Assembly: GCA_031411295.1 (NCBI GenBank)
Contig: JANOAV010000196.1
Coordinates: forward strand, 1-60,609
Source of the DNA: Verrucomicrobiales bacterium
GTDB taxonomy: Bacteria; Verrucomicrobiota; Verrucomicrobiia; Verrucomicrobiales; V1-33
DNA: 60,609 nt
Direction of reading: 5' to 3'
The notes beneath the pieces were generated by a model. The model made no database searches and was not told the DNA's origin. It saw only the letters and a list, made by a program, of their open reading frames with translations. The number at the start of each line of letters is the position of its first letter. Position 1 is the stretch's first letter. Shown one piece after another: positions 19,043 through 29,270 of the stretch. The position numbers and the translations under genes were made by a program.

Positions 19043-21646
19043 CTAAGCCGAACGCCGCCGCCGTCTCAGACCGAACCATAGCATTGGCAGCATGAGCGCC
19101 ATGGTCGATGGTTCTGGGACGGCGGGGATGTCAGGGGTGGTTTTGGGATCCACCGGAGTCAGTCCATGCTTGTCATATTGGGCTTTGGTCTCCAGGACCA
19201 CCGCTCCCGACCAGGGGGTTACCAGTTGGTATTTGGCGGCTTGGGCAGTGTGAGCTGGCATGATGTCAGCGGTCTGCGTTTGCCTTATCAACTGATCGTA
19301 GGCGGCATAACGGGCGAGTTGGTCCCAGACCTTCGCTCCATCGGAAGGTGGGGTTGCGGAGCGTTCGTATTTTGCGATTTGGCGTTCGGTAGGTTGCTCC
19401 AACGTGGCCAGCCATCCGGCCACCGCAGGGGGTCTGGGGCCGCTTTGAATAATTTGATATGGTGTTAGGACTTCGGTAATCCGATTAGCCCCAGCGATGA
19501 GGGGCAAATCATAAATCTTGGCAGGCGCACGTCCTTTCTCCACCAATTGCAGCAGTCGTTCCTTGGATCCTAGCATGAGCGGCAGTGGGCCGTGGAACCA
19601 GATGATCGCACTGCCGGGAGCCTTCTGCGCCTGGGTCAGCGCCTGCATCAGGGCGGCGGTATTGTCGCACCCGCCGCTGAAATGGCTTTCCTGCAACTGA
19701 TCCATTGATACCGTCAGCACGGCATCGCCTGCCAGGATGACGTCCTTGCCCCGCAACCATTGTTTGAGTTCTCCCAGCCTGCCTCGCATCTGGCCACTGC
19801 CATCCACGACGAAGATGGGTTTCCCGACCGGTGGCACGTTGGTCTCTTCCCAAGTGCGGGTGAGGAATTTTTCCTGCTCCAAAGCGAAGGGATCCTCGGT
19901 CCATGCTTTGGCTGCCGCCGTGCCACTCATGATGAATTCGGTAGTCCCAGTCAAGGAGGCACGAGGCAACGCGTGGGTCAGCGACTGCAGGCCTTGAGTA
20001 TCCGCAGATGCCAACTCCGGTTGCTGGCAGCGGAAGGGTGCGCTGCCCTGCAGCCACACTTGTTGTTCCAAACTGCGGCTGAGGGCGAAGTTATACTCCA
20101 GCAGATGCGGCAGGAACATGCTGTCGTTCAGGAGTGGGGAGGTAATGCCCAGCCGAATCTTCATTTTACCTCCATTGGCTGGCACGGGGAAGCATTGCAC
20201 AAAGACCCGATCCGGTCCGCAAACATTCACCAGCACGGGATCCCGCCGTTGCACCTTGACCACGTCCTGGTAGGCGGCTTTGACGTTGGCCACGGAACTG
20301 AAGGCGGCTTCCCTGGGCTCGTCGTTCACCCAGAGCGTGAGTCGACTGACGACTCCCTGCGGCGGCAGTTGCGCTTGGAAACGCGCCTCCCCAGCCTCCG
20401 AGGATTGGTTCGTGAACACGCAGGTCCATTCCTGATACGCTAAATTTGAAGCCTGATCCAAGTGGCCATCGAGGCGGCTTTCCGTCAGGGCCAACCCTGC
20501 CGTCTGTTGCGCCACGGCATTGCCACCGCGGGCGTTGTCGAAACTCCGATCCCACTTGGATCGCCCGTCGAACCAGGGCCTGCTCGACGGTTCATCGGTA
20601 AAGCTGCGGCCAGTCACTTGATAGTAAATTTCCCGTGTCCGTTCCGCACGTTGCTGGAAATCGGGAACCCAGGACTCGAGTCCAAGACCTTCCGACCACC
20701 GCAGCAACCATCCGGCCGCATCACTGGGGCGTCGGCCAGTTTCCAGGCAGATATTCCGCAGGCAACTGGCGGATCCCCAGCGGCGCAAGAACTGGATTCC
20801 CGAGAGACTCTTCTCGGCATCAATGGCGTTGGCCTGCGCCACGCCATAACGTGTTAGGTAAGCGGGTGCTTCCACCACCAATAAACAAATCAAACCCGCC
20901 AGCGCACCCATGCGCAACTGCCTGCGGGCCAGGTTGATTCCGCCCGGAGCAGCGGTCTGAGCAAACGGATTCATCGTCCGCCATTGCCAAATTAACCAGA
21001 GGAAGGAGCTTAACGGAGCCAAGGCCAGAAGTCCTACCCCAACAATGATTCCGACAAAAGCATAGGGGGTGATGGGTAAAAAAATCAACGCATAGTAGGC
21101 GGTAATTACGACCGAAAAGCCCACGGCCAGCCGCCATCTGGGTCCATCGCGTCGTTTATCGTTCACGAATGACTGCGCCGTGACGACTGTCACCACCACT
21201 GCACTAGTCACGAGCAGGAGGTGCCAGAGGGAAGGGATGGGGGCAAACATGACGTCTGCACAAGGCGACACGGTGGCCTCTAGCAACAGGGTGATGATCG
21301 GTGCCATGACGCACGCCAGCACAATCATGAACTTCAGAAATGCCATGCCGCAGCCTCCTCCAATCGGTGCTGCTGCGGCAGTTGCCCGCCGGAGGACGGA
21401 GGTGCTGGGCATTGCCTCCACTGGCTCTGCCACCTCAACGGGCCGACCTCCCATGCGCACCAGCACCCGCTCCAGCGCTTCCACGGTCACAATCTCCACG
21501 CCATCACGATCGAGTTCTTCATGCACGTGAGAGTGCAGATCGCTGATCATTTCCTCGGCCGCCGCCCCATCCAGTCCCCATTCCTGAGGGCGCTTCTTGA
21601 GATAGTCGGCTAGGCGTTGTTCGGCGGATTCAGTCCAGGTTTTCAT
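19043..21646 (-). CDS. HAAS-like / polytopic membrane / VIT / vWA-like protein with a PEP-CTERM tail
   Basis: N-terminal YL...EE..SDL.SH..E..VLVRMG, about five TM helices, VIT-like EW..F.N...EARF..LP..VVSRLTLWVN.EPREA, VVDGSGQM, C-terminal VPEP + TM + RRRRR. Confidence 0.85.
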   Translation of the reverse strand: MKTWTESAEQRLADYLKKRPQEWGLDGAAAEEMISDLHSHVHEELDRDGVEIVTVEALERVLVRMGGRPVEVAEPVEAMPSTSVLRRATAAAAPIGGGCGMAFLKFMIVLACVMAPIITLLLEATVSPCADVMFAPIPSLWHLLLVTSAVVVTVVTAQSFVNDKRRDGPRWRLAVGFSVVITAYYALIFLPITPYAFVGIIVGVGLLALAPLSSFLWLIWQWRTMNPFAQTAAPGGINLARRQLRMGALAGLICLLVVEAPAYLTRYGVAQANAIDAEKSLSGIQFLRRWGSASCLRNICLETGRRPSDAAGWLLRWSEGLGLESWVPDFQQRAERTREIYYQVTGRSFTDEPSSRPWFDGRSKWDRSFDNARGGNAVAQQTAGLALTESRLDGHLDQASNLAYQEWTCVFTNQSSEAGEARFQAQLPPQGVVSRLTLWVNDEPREAAFSSVANVKAAYQDVVKVQRRDPVLVNVCGPDRVFVQCFPVPANGGKMKIRLGITSPLLNDSMFLPHLLEYNFALSRSLEQQVWLQGSAPFRCQQPELASADTQGLQSLTHALPRASLTGTTEFIMSGTAAAKAWTEDPFALEQEKFLTRTWEETNVPPVGKPIFVVDGSGQMRGRLGELKQWLRGKDVILAGDAVLTVSMDQLQESHFSGGCDNTAALMQALTQAQKAPGSAIIWFHGPLPLMLGSKERLLQLVEKGRAPAKIYDLPLIAGANRITEVLTPYQIIQSGPRPPAVAGWLATLEQPTERQIAKYERSATPPSDGAKVWDQLARYAAYDQLIRQTQTADIMPAHTAQAAKYQLVTPWSGAVVLETKAQYDKHGLTPVDPKTTPDIPAVPEPSTMALMLPMLWFGLRRRRRSA

Positions 21647-21697
21647 ATTCGATGAAGTAGCTAGGTGGAAAGTTAGTAAGTTGCGGTGATGACACGA

Positions 21698-22051
21698 TCA
21701 CGCATTGGCAGCGTCGGCTTCCTGCTCCAGGGTTTGCACCGCCTGGGTGAGTTGACGGAAATACTGCCGCATCAGGGTCAAATGCTGTCGCCCGACCGGA
21801 GTGAGTTTGTAATATTTCCGGGCGGGTCCATCCGAACTCTCCTCCAACCGCGTCTCGACAAAGCCATTCTGCTTCAATCGGCTTAGCAGCGGGTAAATGG
21901 AACCTTCCGCTACTTGCAGCCCGGGCACGCTAACGAGCGACTTCACCAAAGCATACCCATAGCGTTCCTCGCCACTCATGGCAGTGAGGATGCAAAGTTC
22001 CAGCACGCCCTTGCGCACCTGCACGGTCCAATTGTCAAAAAAGTCATCCAT
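21698..22051 (-). CDS. PadR-family transcriptional regulator
   Basis: QVRKGVLELCIL, YGY, EGSIYPLLSRL, GPARKYYKLT; strong AAAGGAG RBS before ATG 22051. Confidence 0.95.
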   Translation of the reverse strand: MDDFFDNWTVQVRKGVLELCILTAMSGEERYGYALVKSLVSVPGLQVAEGSIYPLLSRLKQNGFVETRLEESSDGPARKYYKLTPVGRQHLTLMRQYFRQLTQAVQTLEQEADAANA

Positions 22052-22078
22052 AGCGGTTCTCCTTTCGGTTACGCATGG

Positions 22079-22097
22079 TATCTTGCATAGAAAGGTA
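22079..22097. promoter_or_regulatory. Putative PadR operator
   Basis: Imperfect palindrome TATCTTGC-ATA-GAAAGGTA just upstream of the padR RBS. Confidence 0.45.
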
Positions 22098-22162
22098 GTG
22101 TTGTCACGCGTTATTTTGGCGGGGTCGCCCATTTTTTGCGAGTCATGATTCCACAGTGGGTG

Positions 22163-22317
22163 GAGGTGGAGCGAGGCTGAGCCCGAGTCGGTCGTGAGCC
22201 GTGGCATCCCGGCTCTGAATGGACCTGGCTAGCGACGGTCGATCTGCGCAGGGAGGAGATTGTGCGAACCTATGAATGCAAGCAGACGAAGGCTCGGGCT
22301 CAGCCTCGCTCCACCTC
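22163..22317. repeat. REP doublet (REPIN-like)
   Basis: Perfect 25-bp inverted repeat GAGGTGGAGCGAGGCTGAGCCCGAG (22163-22187) and its reverse complement (22293-22317). Confidence 0.8.
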
Positions 22318-22373
22318 GCTGGACAGCATGGCTGCGGAGGAACCTTAAGAAGTGGGCTGAACTGGGCTTTGCG

Positions 22374-23789
22374 CTAGCACTTCGCAACCAATTCGAAGCC
22401 TTCTTTGGTATCTTTAATCGTCCAGCCGAGTTCGTCCGCTTGTTTGCGCAGGGCATCGGCGGCGGCCCAGTCTTTGTTTTGCTTGGCTTCCCAACGTTGC
22501 TGCGCCAGGGCGCGGACATCCTCCGGGGCTTCGCCTGCAGACGGGGCGATGTTTTCCAAAGCCAGATCCAAACCCAGCGCCTGCAGCACGAAATGCAGCC
22601 CCGTGTGAGCCGCCGCGGCTTCCGCTGGAGTTAGTTGGGCGGGCTTGATACGGTTCAGCGCAGAAAACAACTGTCCGAGCGCTTCGGGCGTATTGAGATC
22701 GGCTTCCAAGGCATCGAACGCCATGATGAATGGCCCAGCCTGTTCCCGCGCAGTGCAATCAGCGTAGGTGGGAACGGTGGTGATTTCCGCCCGGGCGGCC
22801 AGGGCCTTTTCGAATTTGGAAATTTTCTCCAAGGCCGCCTTGGCCCCGTCCAGACTGGAGAGCGTAAAGTTCAGCGGCGAGCGATAGTGGCCCGACAACA
22901 GCACATAACGAACGCGCGCCGGTGTGTGACCTTTCTCCGCCAGATCGTCCAGCGTGTAAAGATTGCCCAGAGATTTGGACATCTTCTTGCTATCCACTAA
23001 CAAGTGATTCACATGGAACCACAAGCGCGACATCTGATGCCCGGTGCAGCACTCACTCTGGGCGATTTCGTTTTCGTGGTGCGGGAACACCAGATCCACG
23101 CCACCGGAATGCAGGTCGAAAGTATCGCCCAGATATTCCCGCGTCATGGCGGAACATTCCAAGTGCCAGCCGGGTCGGCCCTCGCCCCATGGGCTGGCCC
23201 AGAAATTCTCTCCGTCCTCGGGTTTGCGGGCTTTCCAGAGCACGAAGTCCGCCACGCCTTCCTTCTCATATTCATCCACATCCACGGCGGCACCCATCTG
23301 CAGCTCGCGGGTGTCAAGGTGGCTCAATTTCCCGTAGTTAGGAAAACTGCTGATTTTGAAATACACCGAGCCCTCGCTGGCATAAGCATGACCTTTGGCG
23401 ATCAGCGTTTCGGTCATCGCGATCTGCTGTGGAATATGCGCCACGGCACTGGGTTCGATGTGTGGTGGCAGCGTGTTAAGAGCCGCGCAATCCTTGTGAA
23501 ATTTAGCCGTCCAGAATTGTGTGACTTCCGTCAGCGTCTTGCCTTCCTCGATGGATCGACGAATCGTTTTGTCGTCCACGTCCGTGAGATTCCGCACATG
23601 CAGCGTCTTAATCCCGCCCATTTCCACCACGCGACGAAACGTATCCTGCACGACAAACGTGCGGAAGTTCCCAATGTGTGCTGGCCCATAGACCGTGGGT
23701 CCGCAGCAGTAGAACCGCAGCGTTTCCCCGTCCATCGGCAACACCGGGAGTTCCTCCCGTTTCATCGTCTCGTAAATTCGTAAAGCCAT
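22374..23789 (-). CDS. cysS: Cysteine--tRNA ligase
   Basis: [32 protein letters not shown]. Confidence 0.98.
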   Translation of the reverse strand: MALRIYETMKREELPVLPMDGETLRFYCCGPTVYGPAHIGNFRTFVVQDTFRRVVEMGGIKTLHVRNLTDVDDKTIRRSIEEGKTLTEVTQFWTAKFHKDCAALNTLPPHIEPSAVAHIPQQIAMTETLIAKGHAYASEGSVYFKISSFPNYGKLSHLDTRELQMGAAVDVDEYEKEGVADFVLWKARKPEDGENFWASPWGEGRPGWHLECSAMTREYLGDTFDLHSGGVDLVFPHHENEIAQSECCTGHQMSRLWFHVNHLLVDSKKMSKSLGNLYTLDDLAEKGHTPARVRYVLLSGHYRSPLNFTLSSLDGAKAALEKISKFEKALAARAEITTVPTYADCTAREQAGPFIMAFDALEADLNTPEALGQLFSALNRIKPAQLTPAEAAAAHTGLHFVLQALGLDLALENIAPSAGEAPEDVRALAQQRWEAKQNKDWAAADALRKQADELGWTIKDTKEGFELVAKC

Positions 23790-23906
23790 GCCCTACGGTA
23801 AACGCCGCCCCCAGCACTGAGGCAAGGTGAAATGTGGAGGAAATTTCCCACCCAAATTCCGTGGAACGGTTTGCCGCCGCCAACTGGCACTGGCTGGATA
23901 AAAAAC

Positions 23907-25505
23907 TCAGCGCCCGCCCGGAAATAATCCCTGAAGCAACTTCACGCCAGTATTGATCACATCAGGAGCGGCCTGGGTGCCTTGCTCGAGCACTTTGGTG
24001 CCAATCTCTACGGCCTTGCCACTGTTATTTAACAGGGCTTCCGGGGCCTTGACGGCCAATTCGGTGACGTTTTCAATTTGCTGATCCAGCCATGCGTCTT
24101 TGATGCGCGAGGCCAAGTCTTCTTGAATGTTATCCAGCGTGCCGCTCAGCCGCATGGCGGGCTTGGCCCACTTGTATCCTTTATCCTCCCGCGTGAAGAC
24201 ACGTTGTTCTGCCCCATCAATCGCCCGCAGCCGACCGGGAGCCACGCCCACCTCCAGCACCCCCTGAATCGCGTTGCCAGTGATCGTGATGAAGCCTTCC
24301 AAACGCATCAACCCACGGGCTTCGATCTCAATCTTATCCAACTGCCAGACCTCGCCCAGATGATCGAAGTGCCATTTGGCGGTGTTCAGCTCCAGTCGCG
24401 TGAACTCCTTGGTTTTCGTGCGCTCGGCCAAATTTTCCAATAACGGCAGGCTGGTGAGGACACCGTTTTTGATGGAGAAGTCCCCCTCCAGCCTCAGCGC
24501 GGCCACCCGGTTGGGATCGCCTGTAAGATGCGCTTTAAGGTCCGCCAACCCAGAAAGGCGTTTCACCCAATCCGGTTCCACCCAGTCCTCCAAGTTCAGA
24601 TCCGTGAGGTGCAGGTCAAAATCCGCTGCGGCTGGCACCGTCGGTTGGTAGTGGCCATTGAGCGAAAGGAGCGCTGGCGAAAGTTCATCCGCCCGCTTGC
24701 CCGCAGGCATGCGCTCCAACGTGCCTTCCAATTGAATCAGATCGAACTGCTCTGGTCGCACTCGGGCGCGCAGATCTTTGAATTTCAGCCGCATGCCGCC
24801 ACCCAGATTCGTGGCCAGCACGGCCCGATCCGACTTGGGATGACTCTCAATATTCCAAGTGTCGAAGGTCTGGCCATTTTTGAGGACGAGCGGCAGGCTG
24901 GCGATCCGAATTTCTCCAGCGGAGGATTTCACAGACGCCGAAAATTCATCAATCTGCGTTTCCTGGAGCGTTAGTTTGTCCGGCTTGAAATTGTCCAGCC
25001 AACTACTTCCGCCTCCGCCCAGCGAGCCGGGAGATTCTGCTCTGGCATAGGGCTGCGGGAGTTTCCCCTGGTCGGATATTTCCAGATTCACCCGGCTGAT
25101 ATTGACTGCGGGAATTTCTACACTGCGTTCCCAAAGGCTCAGGCGCACATCTGCCCGCACGTCCTCAACGGTAGCTTTGGAGAAGAGCGCATCGGAGTAA
25201 CCCGTGGCGGTCAGTTTTCCTAGCTGCACCGAACTATCGTTCCAGGCCAGACCCTCAAACTCGCTGCGCGCCTTGATTTTGTCAGCCAAACGATCACTCA
25301 GTTGATTGTGAAATCCCTCACTGCGGAGGAAGTTTTTCAGCCAAATGCCGAATCCAAAATAAGCCACCACCACCAAGACTAAAAGGCCGCCCAGCAGCAC
25401 GAGCAATCGTTGCCCCCAACTTCCTGAGCGACGTCGCTGACGGCGTGAACGACCACTGCGGCGGGATGACCCGCGCTCGGGTGATGATGGAGACTCGTCA
25501 GACAT
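23907..25505 (-). CDS. AsmA-like membrane-anchored protein
   Basis: Arg-rich N-terminus, one TM helix, long amphipathic beta-rich body. Confidence 0.6.
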   Translation of the reverse strand: MSDESPSSPERGSSRRSGRSRRQRRRSGSWGQRLLVLLGGLLVLVVVAYFGFGIWLKNFLRSEGFHNQLSDRLADKIKARSEFEGLAWNDSSVQLGKLTATGYSDALFSKATVEDVRADVRLSLWERSVEIPAVNISRVNLEISDQGKLPQPYARAESPGSLGGGGSSWLDNFKPDKLTLQETQIDEFSASVKSSAGEIRIASLPLVLKNGQTFDTWNIESHPKSDRAVLATNLGGGMRLKFKDLRARVRPEQFDLIQLEGTLERMPAGKRADELSPALLSLNGHYQPTVPAAADFDLHLTDLNLEDWVEPDWVKRLSGLADLKAHLTGDPNRVAALRLEGDFSIKNGVLTSLPLLENLAERTKTKEFTRLELNTAKWHFDHLGEVWQLDKIEIEARGLMRLEGFITITGNAIQGVLEVGVAPGRLRAIDGAEQRVFTREDKGYKWAKPAMRLSGTLDNIQEDLASRIKDAWLDQQIENVTELAVKAPEALLNNSGKAVEIGTKVLEQGTQAAPDVINTGVKLLQGLFPGGR

Positions 25506-25901
25506 GGAGGTGAAGTAAGGATGGATGGGGGATTTCTGCGGACAGTCCCATCTCACCATCGCTCACCCACTTCTTCAACCCCAAAATCAAGGGTGGAGCC
25601 CCGGGGGGTATGGAGGCCGCGGGTGAACTGTTCTAGGGTTGATTCCAAGCACCGATGCCTTGCTGACAGGATTTCAAGACATGCAGGGAGGCTCTTTCAT
25701 GCCTGAGGCAAGCGGCTCTGGCTTCTTGGCTGGAGGGCGCAACGGCGGCTGGAAGCACGCCGCTCCCAATGAAAAATCACAAATAGCCCCATTTTCGTCC
25801 AGCCAGTCTGGCCTGAAAACAGGCCTCAGAGAATCAGTTAAATCTCCCTAACGGTAATGCGAAATGCAAATTGAAGTGCATTCGTGCCAGGCTCAGCGAA
25901 C

Positions 25902-26708
25902 TTAAGGCGTGAGGGTCATTTTCAATCGCATAGACCGATTCGGCTCACCAGTCAAGGCTTGCACATCAGACAGCGTGTAAGGAGTCCGACCTCCCGATGG
26001 CGCTCCAGATATCACTGTGGCGGCTCCGCTCCAGGCACCGGCACCCGTCTTGGTGGCAATATCCACCCACATTTCACCGCCGAATCCGTCCACTTTGTCG
26101 ATGGCTTGGATCGTATAAATCACATCGCTGGGAGGAGAACCTGGCAGGGAGAAATTGAGATTCAGAAAGTTGCTGACGAGCTTGGGCTGAGGCAGGAGGA
26201 GGGTGCTACTGGACCCGGCTCCTGCCACAGGAATGCCACCCAATCCATACTCGGCCAGACTGTTGAGTCCATCCCCGTCCTCATCGCTAGTCGCGCTGGC
26301 CAGCGAATTGGCAGCCAGGAATGCGGCAAATCCACCGACAACCTGAAACTGAATCTGTCCTAGCGTGTAAAGGTTCGTTGTGGACCAATTTCCCGCAGGA
26401 AGGTTCAGAGTGTTAAACGTCCCGGTGGCACTAGTGGAATCAAAAATATCGATCACGTCCGGAGCGGCACCGACATAGCCGCTGATGGCGGTCACGTTGA
26501 GAGTCGGCCCTGCACCAATGAGGTTCAAGCTTCCAGAGATGATCACCTCGTCATGCCCAGTGCCAGGGGTGGTCGAGGCCACTTCGATGTTGACTGTCGC
26601 TCCGGTTTGGACCGTCAGGTTTCCATTAATAGTGAGGGTTCCTGGAGCCGCGAAGGCAACAGGGGCGAAACAGCTTAGGCTGATGAGAGAGAGGATGGTG
26701 CGCTTCAT
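25902..26708 (-). CDS. Secreted protein: beta-helix cap-like domain plus a DxDGDG-containing C-terminal domain
   Basis: Signal peptide (AFA), PGTLTINGNL..HDEV..GSLNL, then F..FL..NSL..DEDGDG...EY.LG...Y.IQ...W...MRL. Confidence 0.75.
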   Translation of the reverse strand: MKRTILSLISLSCFAPVAFAAPGTLTINGNLTVQTGATVNIEVASTTPGTGHDEVIISGSLNLIGAGPTLNVTAISGYVGAAPDVIDIFDSTSATGTFNTLNLPAGNWSTTNLYTLGQIQFQVVGGFAAFLAANSLASATSDEDGDGLNSLAEYGLGGIPVAGAGSSSTLLLPQPKLVSNFLNLNFSLPGSPPSDVIYTIQAIDKVDGFGGEMWVDIATKTGAGAWSGAATVISGAPSGGRTPYTLSDVQALTGEPNRSMRLKMTLTP

Positions 26709-26783
26709 CTGATCGATGGAAATTAGGTTCTCAGGGTGCGGGGGATCGGAGTCGGGGAGGGTGGTGGTCTGACTTCTTTGTGC

Positions 26784-28793
26784 TTACCGGTTGCGGCGCA
26801 ACAGCAGCAGTCCGCCGGCCCCCAGCGCCAATGTCCAGTTCCCAGGCTCGGGGATGAGCGCGAAGTCATTGCCACCTGCTGGCAGGTTGTTCTCCGCATC
26901 GGCTTGATAGGTGGCGTAGAAGTTAACTCCCCCCACGTTGACAGGGCTTCCTTCAGAAATGCCGATGAACTCACCATTGATGGGGTCTGAGCCGTCGTTC
27001 TTGATGAGGACAAACATTTCGCTGCCGGTCGGAATGTAGCCACCATAATTGGTGATGCTGATCGTGGCAATGCTGCTGCCGAGGGTTAAGCTGCCGGTGA
27101 CAGACAGCTGGTCGTGGTCGGTGGCCAGATTTCCCGGGGCGGCCCCGCCGATTTCAAAACTGTAGGTGCCACCAGTGGTCGTGATGTTATTGGTGCTGAG
27201 GATGCCCGGACTGTTTCCAGGGGCGATGGTGCCGCCGGTTTCCACGGTAACGTTGCCCACCGTTCCCGATCCGCCCAAGGTCGCAGTATTCTTTACCGTC
27301 GTCATGCTGCTTGTGGAAATGCTGCCGTTCACGAGGAGGGTTCCGGCATTGATACTGGTCGCGCCGGTGTAGGTGTTCATGCCGGAAAGAACCTGAGTGC
27401 CCGCACCGGTTTTGGTGAGGGTCATGCTGCCGTTGCCGTTGCCGGTATCGCCAGCGTAGATGCGGGTCACTCCAGTGAGGGGATTGAGCGTCAGAGCGCT
27501 GAGCGTGGTGTAGCCGCCAGTGGTGGTTTCAAAGACGGTGGCGAAGTCCTTATTACCGGTCAGACCACCAAGCGTGAGGGAGGCGACGGTGGTTCTGAGA
27601 CCGTTGTTTGGATCGCCCACGATGCTGCCGGCGGTGTCCAGCGGGCTGTTCTGCATGGCCAGGCTATGGCCCAAGCTCAGGATACCCCCAAGGACCTTGG
27701 TCGGCCCTGAATAGCTGTTACCGGTGTAGGTTGCTGCGCCTGCGACGAGGGTCACGGGATTAAGGGTAAATGTCCCGCTGCCGTTCTTGGTCAGGCCAAA
27801 ATTGTTCCCATTCGTGGATCCGGGCATCGTGGCGGCAGACACGGAAAACTGCGCTCCACTGCCAAGAAAGCCGCCAAATGCCGTGTTCGTGGCGCCATTG
27901 ATCGTTAATGTCGCTGCTGGAGAAAGGTCGCTGTTGACGACCCGTTGCACTCGCAAGCTCCGAGGTGTATTAGTCAGTCCGGCTAGGGTTTGATTGAAGC
28001 CAAACAGGTTAATTTCAGCACCACGACCGGTGCCCGCGCCGATCTGGCCGTCGATGGTCACCACGGTGGTCGTGGGGAGCGCATCCGTCGCCCCCAGCTT
28101 AACAATAATCTGGCCGGCGGTGCCAGCCGTGTTGTCGAGCAGGGTGTTGCCGCTGTAATTGTTGGCCGCACCGAGAGTCACGGTCTGAATCGTGTTCGCG
28201 TTGAGGATGCTGGTGAAGTTCACGTTGCCGGACCCACCAATGGCACCGTTGAGAATGAGTTCGCTAAACACTTGGCCCACGTTGTTGTTGGGCGGGTTGA
28301 TGGTAACCGTTCCCGCGGTCGTGATGGGAGCCGCTATCGTAACGCTGCTGAGCGTTGACCGCAGGGTTGTGCCGGTCGCCATGGTGATTCCGCTGGTGTT
28401 CTGCAGGGCGCTGACATTGCCGAGCGACAGGATTCCACCATTGATGGTCGTCACGCCGGTGTAAACATTGGCGTTAGAGAGGGTTAGCTGGCCCGTGCCT
28501 TCCTTGGTGATGCCAACGCCTGCGGAGCCGCTGATGACTCCACCAAACACTGCGCCACTGCTAACGGTGATGGTGCGGTCGGCCCCTCCCAGGGCCATGT
28601 TGTTGGAGAAAGTCAGCAGGCCGTTGTTGGTGGCGTTGCCTACCGTGAAGTTACCGCCGATCGTGATGCCGCCAGAATATTTACCCGTTAGGTCGCGGGC
28701 CGCGGTGGAATTGGAGCGGATGGTTCCCCCGTTGATGGTCAGCGTATTCCCCGTTGCGCCACCCATGGCGTTGGATTCTTTTATGTCGGGCAA
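26784..28793 (-). CDS. Autotransporter-associated beta-strand repeat protein with PEP-CTERM, apparently 5'-truncated
   Basis: Repeats TKxGxGxLxLSxxNxYTGxTxINxGxL; C-terminal IPEP + TM + RRNR. No signal peptide, and the ORF begins in mid-repeat just after an in-frame TAG. Confidence 0.8.
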   Translation of the reverse strand: MPDIKESNAMGGATGNTLTINGGTIRSNSTAARDLTGKYSGGITIGGNFTVGNATNNGLLTFSNNMALGGADRTITVSSGAVFGGVISGSAGVGITKEGTGQLTLSNANVYTGVTTINGGILSLGNVSALQNTSGITMATGTTLRSTLSSVTIAAPITTAGTVTINPPNNNVGQVFSELILNGAIGGSGNVNFTSILNANTIQTVTLGAANNYSGNTLLDNTAGTAGQIIVKLGATDALPTTTVVTIDGQIGAGTGRGAEINLFGFNQTLAGLTNTPRSLRVQRVVNSDLSPAATLTINGATNTAFGGFLGSGAQFSVSAATMPGSTNGNNFGLTKNGSGTFTLNPVTLVAGAATYTGNSYSGPTKVLGGILSLGHSLAMQNSPLDTAGSIVGDPNNGLRTTVASLTLGGLTGNKDFATVFETTTGGYTTLSALTLNPLTGVTRIYAGDTGNGNGSMTLTKTGAGTQVLSGMNTYTGATSINAGTLLVNGSISTSSMTTVKNTATLGGSGTVGNVTVETGGTIAPGNSPGILSTNNITTTGGTYSFEIGGAAPGNLATDHDQLSVTGSLTLGSSIATISITNYGGYIPTGSEMFVLIKNDGSDPINGEFIGISEGSPVNVGGVNFYATYQADAENNLPAGGNDFALIPEPGNWTLALGAGGLLLLRRNR

Positions 28794-28977
28794 CTAATGA
28801 GGCAAAAACATGGCAAAGCACGGTTCTTATCCGAACTCCGCAGTTGGAGCAATGGGGGCAGGCGAAAAGCTAATTGGTCGATTTGTAGGGAAGTTTTTTG
28901 GCGGTGGCAATATTATTTTTCTGAGTCTCGCCCCTGGGATCCCTGGGAGGTTTTCCGGGCAAAGATGCTTTTTTTTC

Positions 28978-29006
28978 TTGCCATGATTCATCTTAAACTT
29001 CATACT
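28978..29006 (+). promoter_or_regulatory. Putative sigma70 promoter for the small ORF / ATP-grasp unit
   Basis: TTGCCA-N17-CATACT preceded by a T-tract. Confidence 0.55.
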
Positions 29007-29091
29007 CCAGTCGTGCTGGTGAGATCTTCAGGATTCCCGGTGGAATCATGGGCATTAGCACATAAAATTAAACCAATCGAAACCACCAATT

Positions 29092-29172
29092 ATGTCTATT
29101 CTTGAAATGCTGTGCGCCTCTTTGGATGTTCAACTCAATACGGTGCCAACGACCATCACAGCCGTGCCTTAA
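29092..29172 (+). CDS. 26-aa peptide MSILEMLCASLDVQLNTVPTTITAVP, candidate RiPP precursor or leader peptide
   Basis: ATG..TAA read directly. The A/C-rich leader (AACCACCAATT-ATG) closely resembles that of acpP in this window (CACCACCAAATCAATTT-ATG). Lies between a promoter and a stem-loop, upstream of an ATP-grasp ligase. Confidence 0.65.
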   Translation: MSILEMLCASLDVQLNTVPTTITAVP

Positions 29173-29204
29173 GCAGGCTTGACCCGCATCCCTGCGGCTA
29201 AAGG

Positions 29205-29245
29205 AAAGCAGCCGGACGTTCCTGGAACCCGGCTGCTTTTGTTTT
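29205..29245 (+). terminator. Terminator-like stem-loop between the peptide gene and the ATP-grasp gene
   Basis: AAAGCAGCCGG (29205-29215) / CCGGCTGCTTT (29229-29239), followed by TGTTTT. Confidence 0.75.
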
Positions 29246-29270
29246 CATACCGCTTTCCCCACGCTCGCTC

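Noticed and set aside
25560..25900. Short ORFs and weak hairpins in the gap after the AsmA-like gene
   Set aside because: No coding signal or convincing structure. Possibly decayed REP remnants.
28797..29105. 102-aa ORF as the ATP-grasp precursor
   Set aside because: It runs through promoter-like T-tracts and has no precursor-like composition. The 26-codon ORF has the better initiation context.
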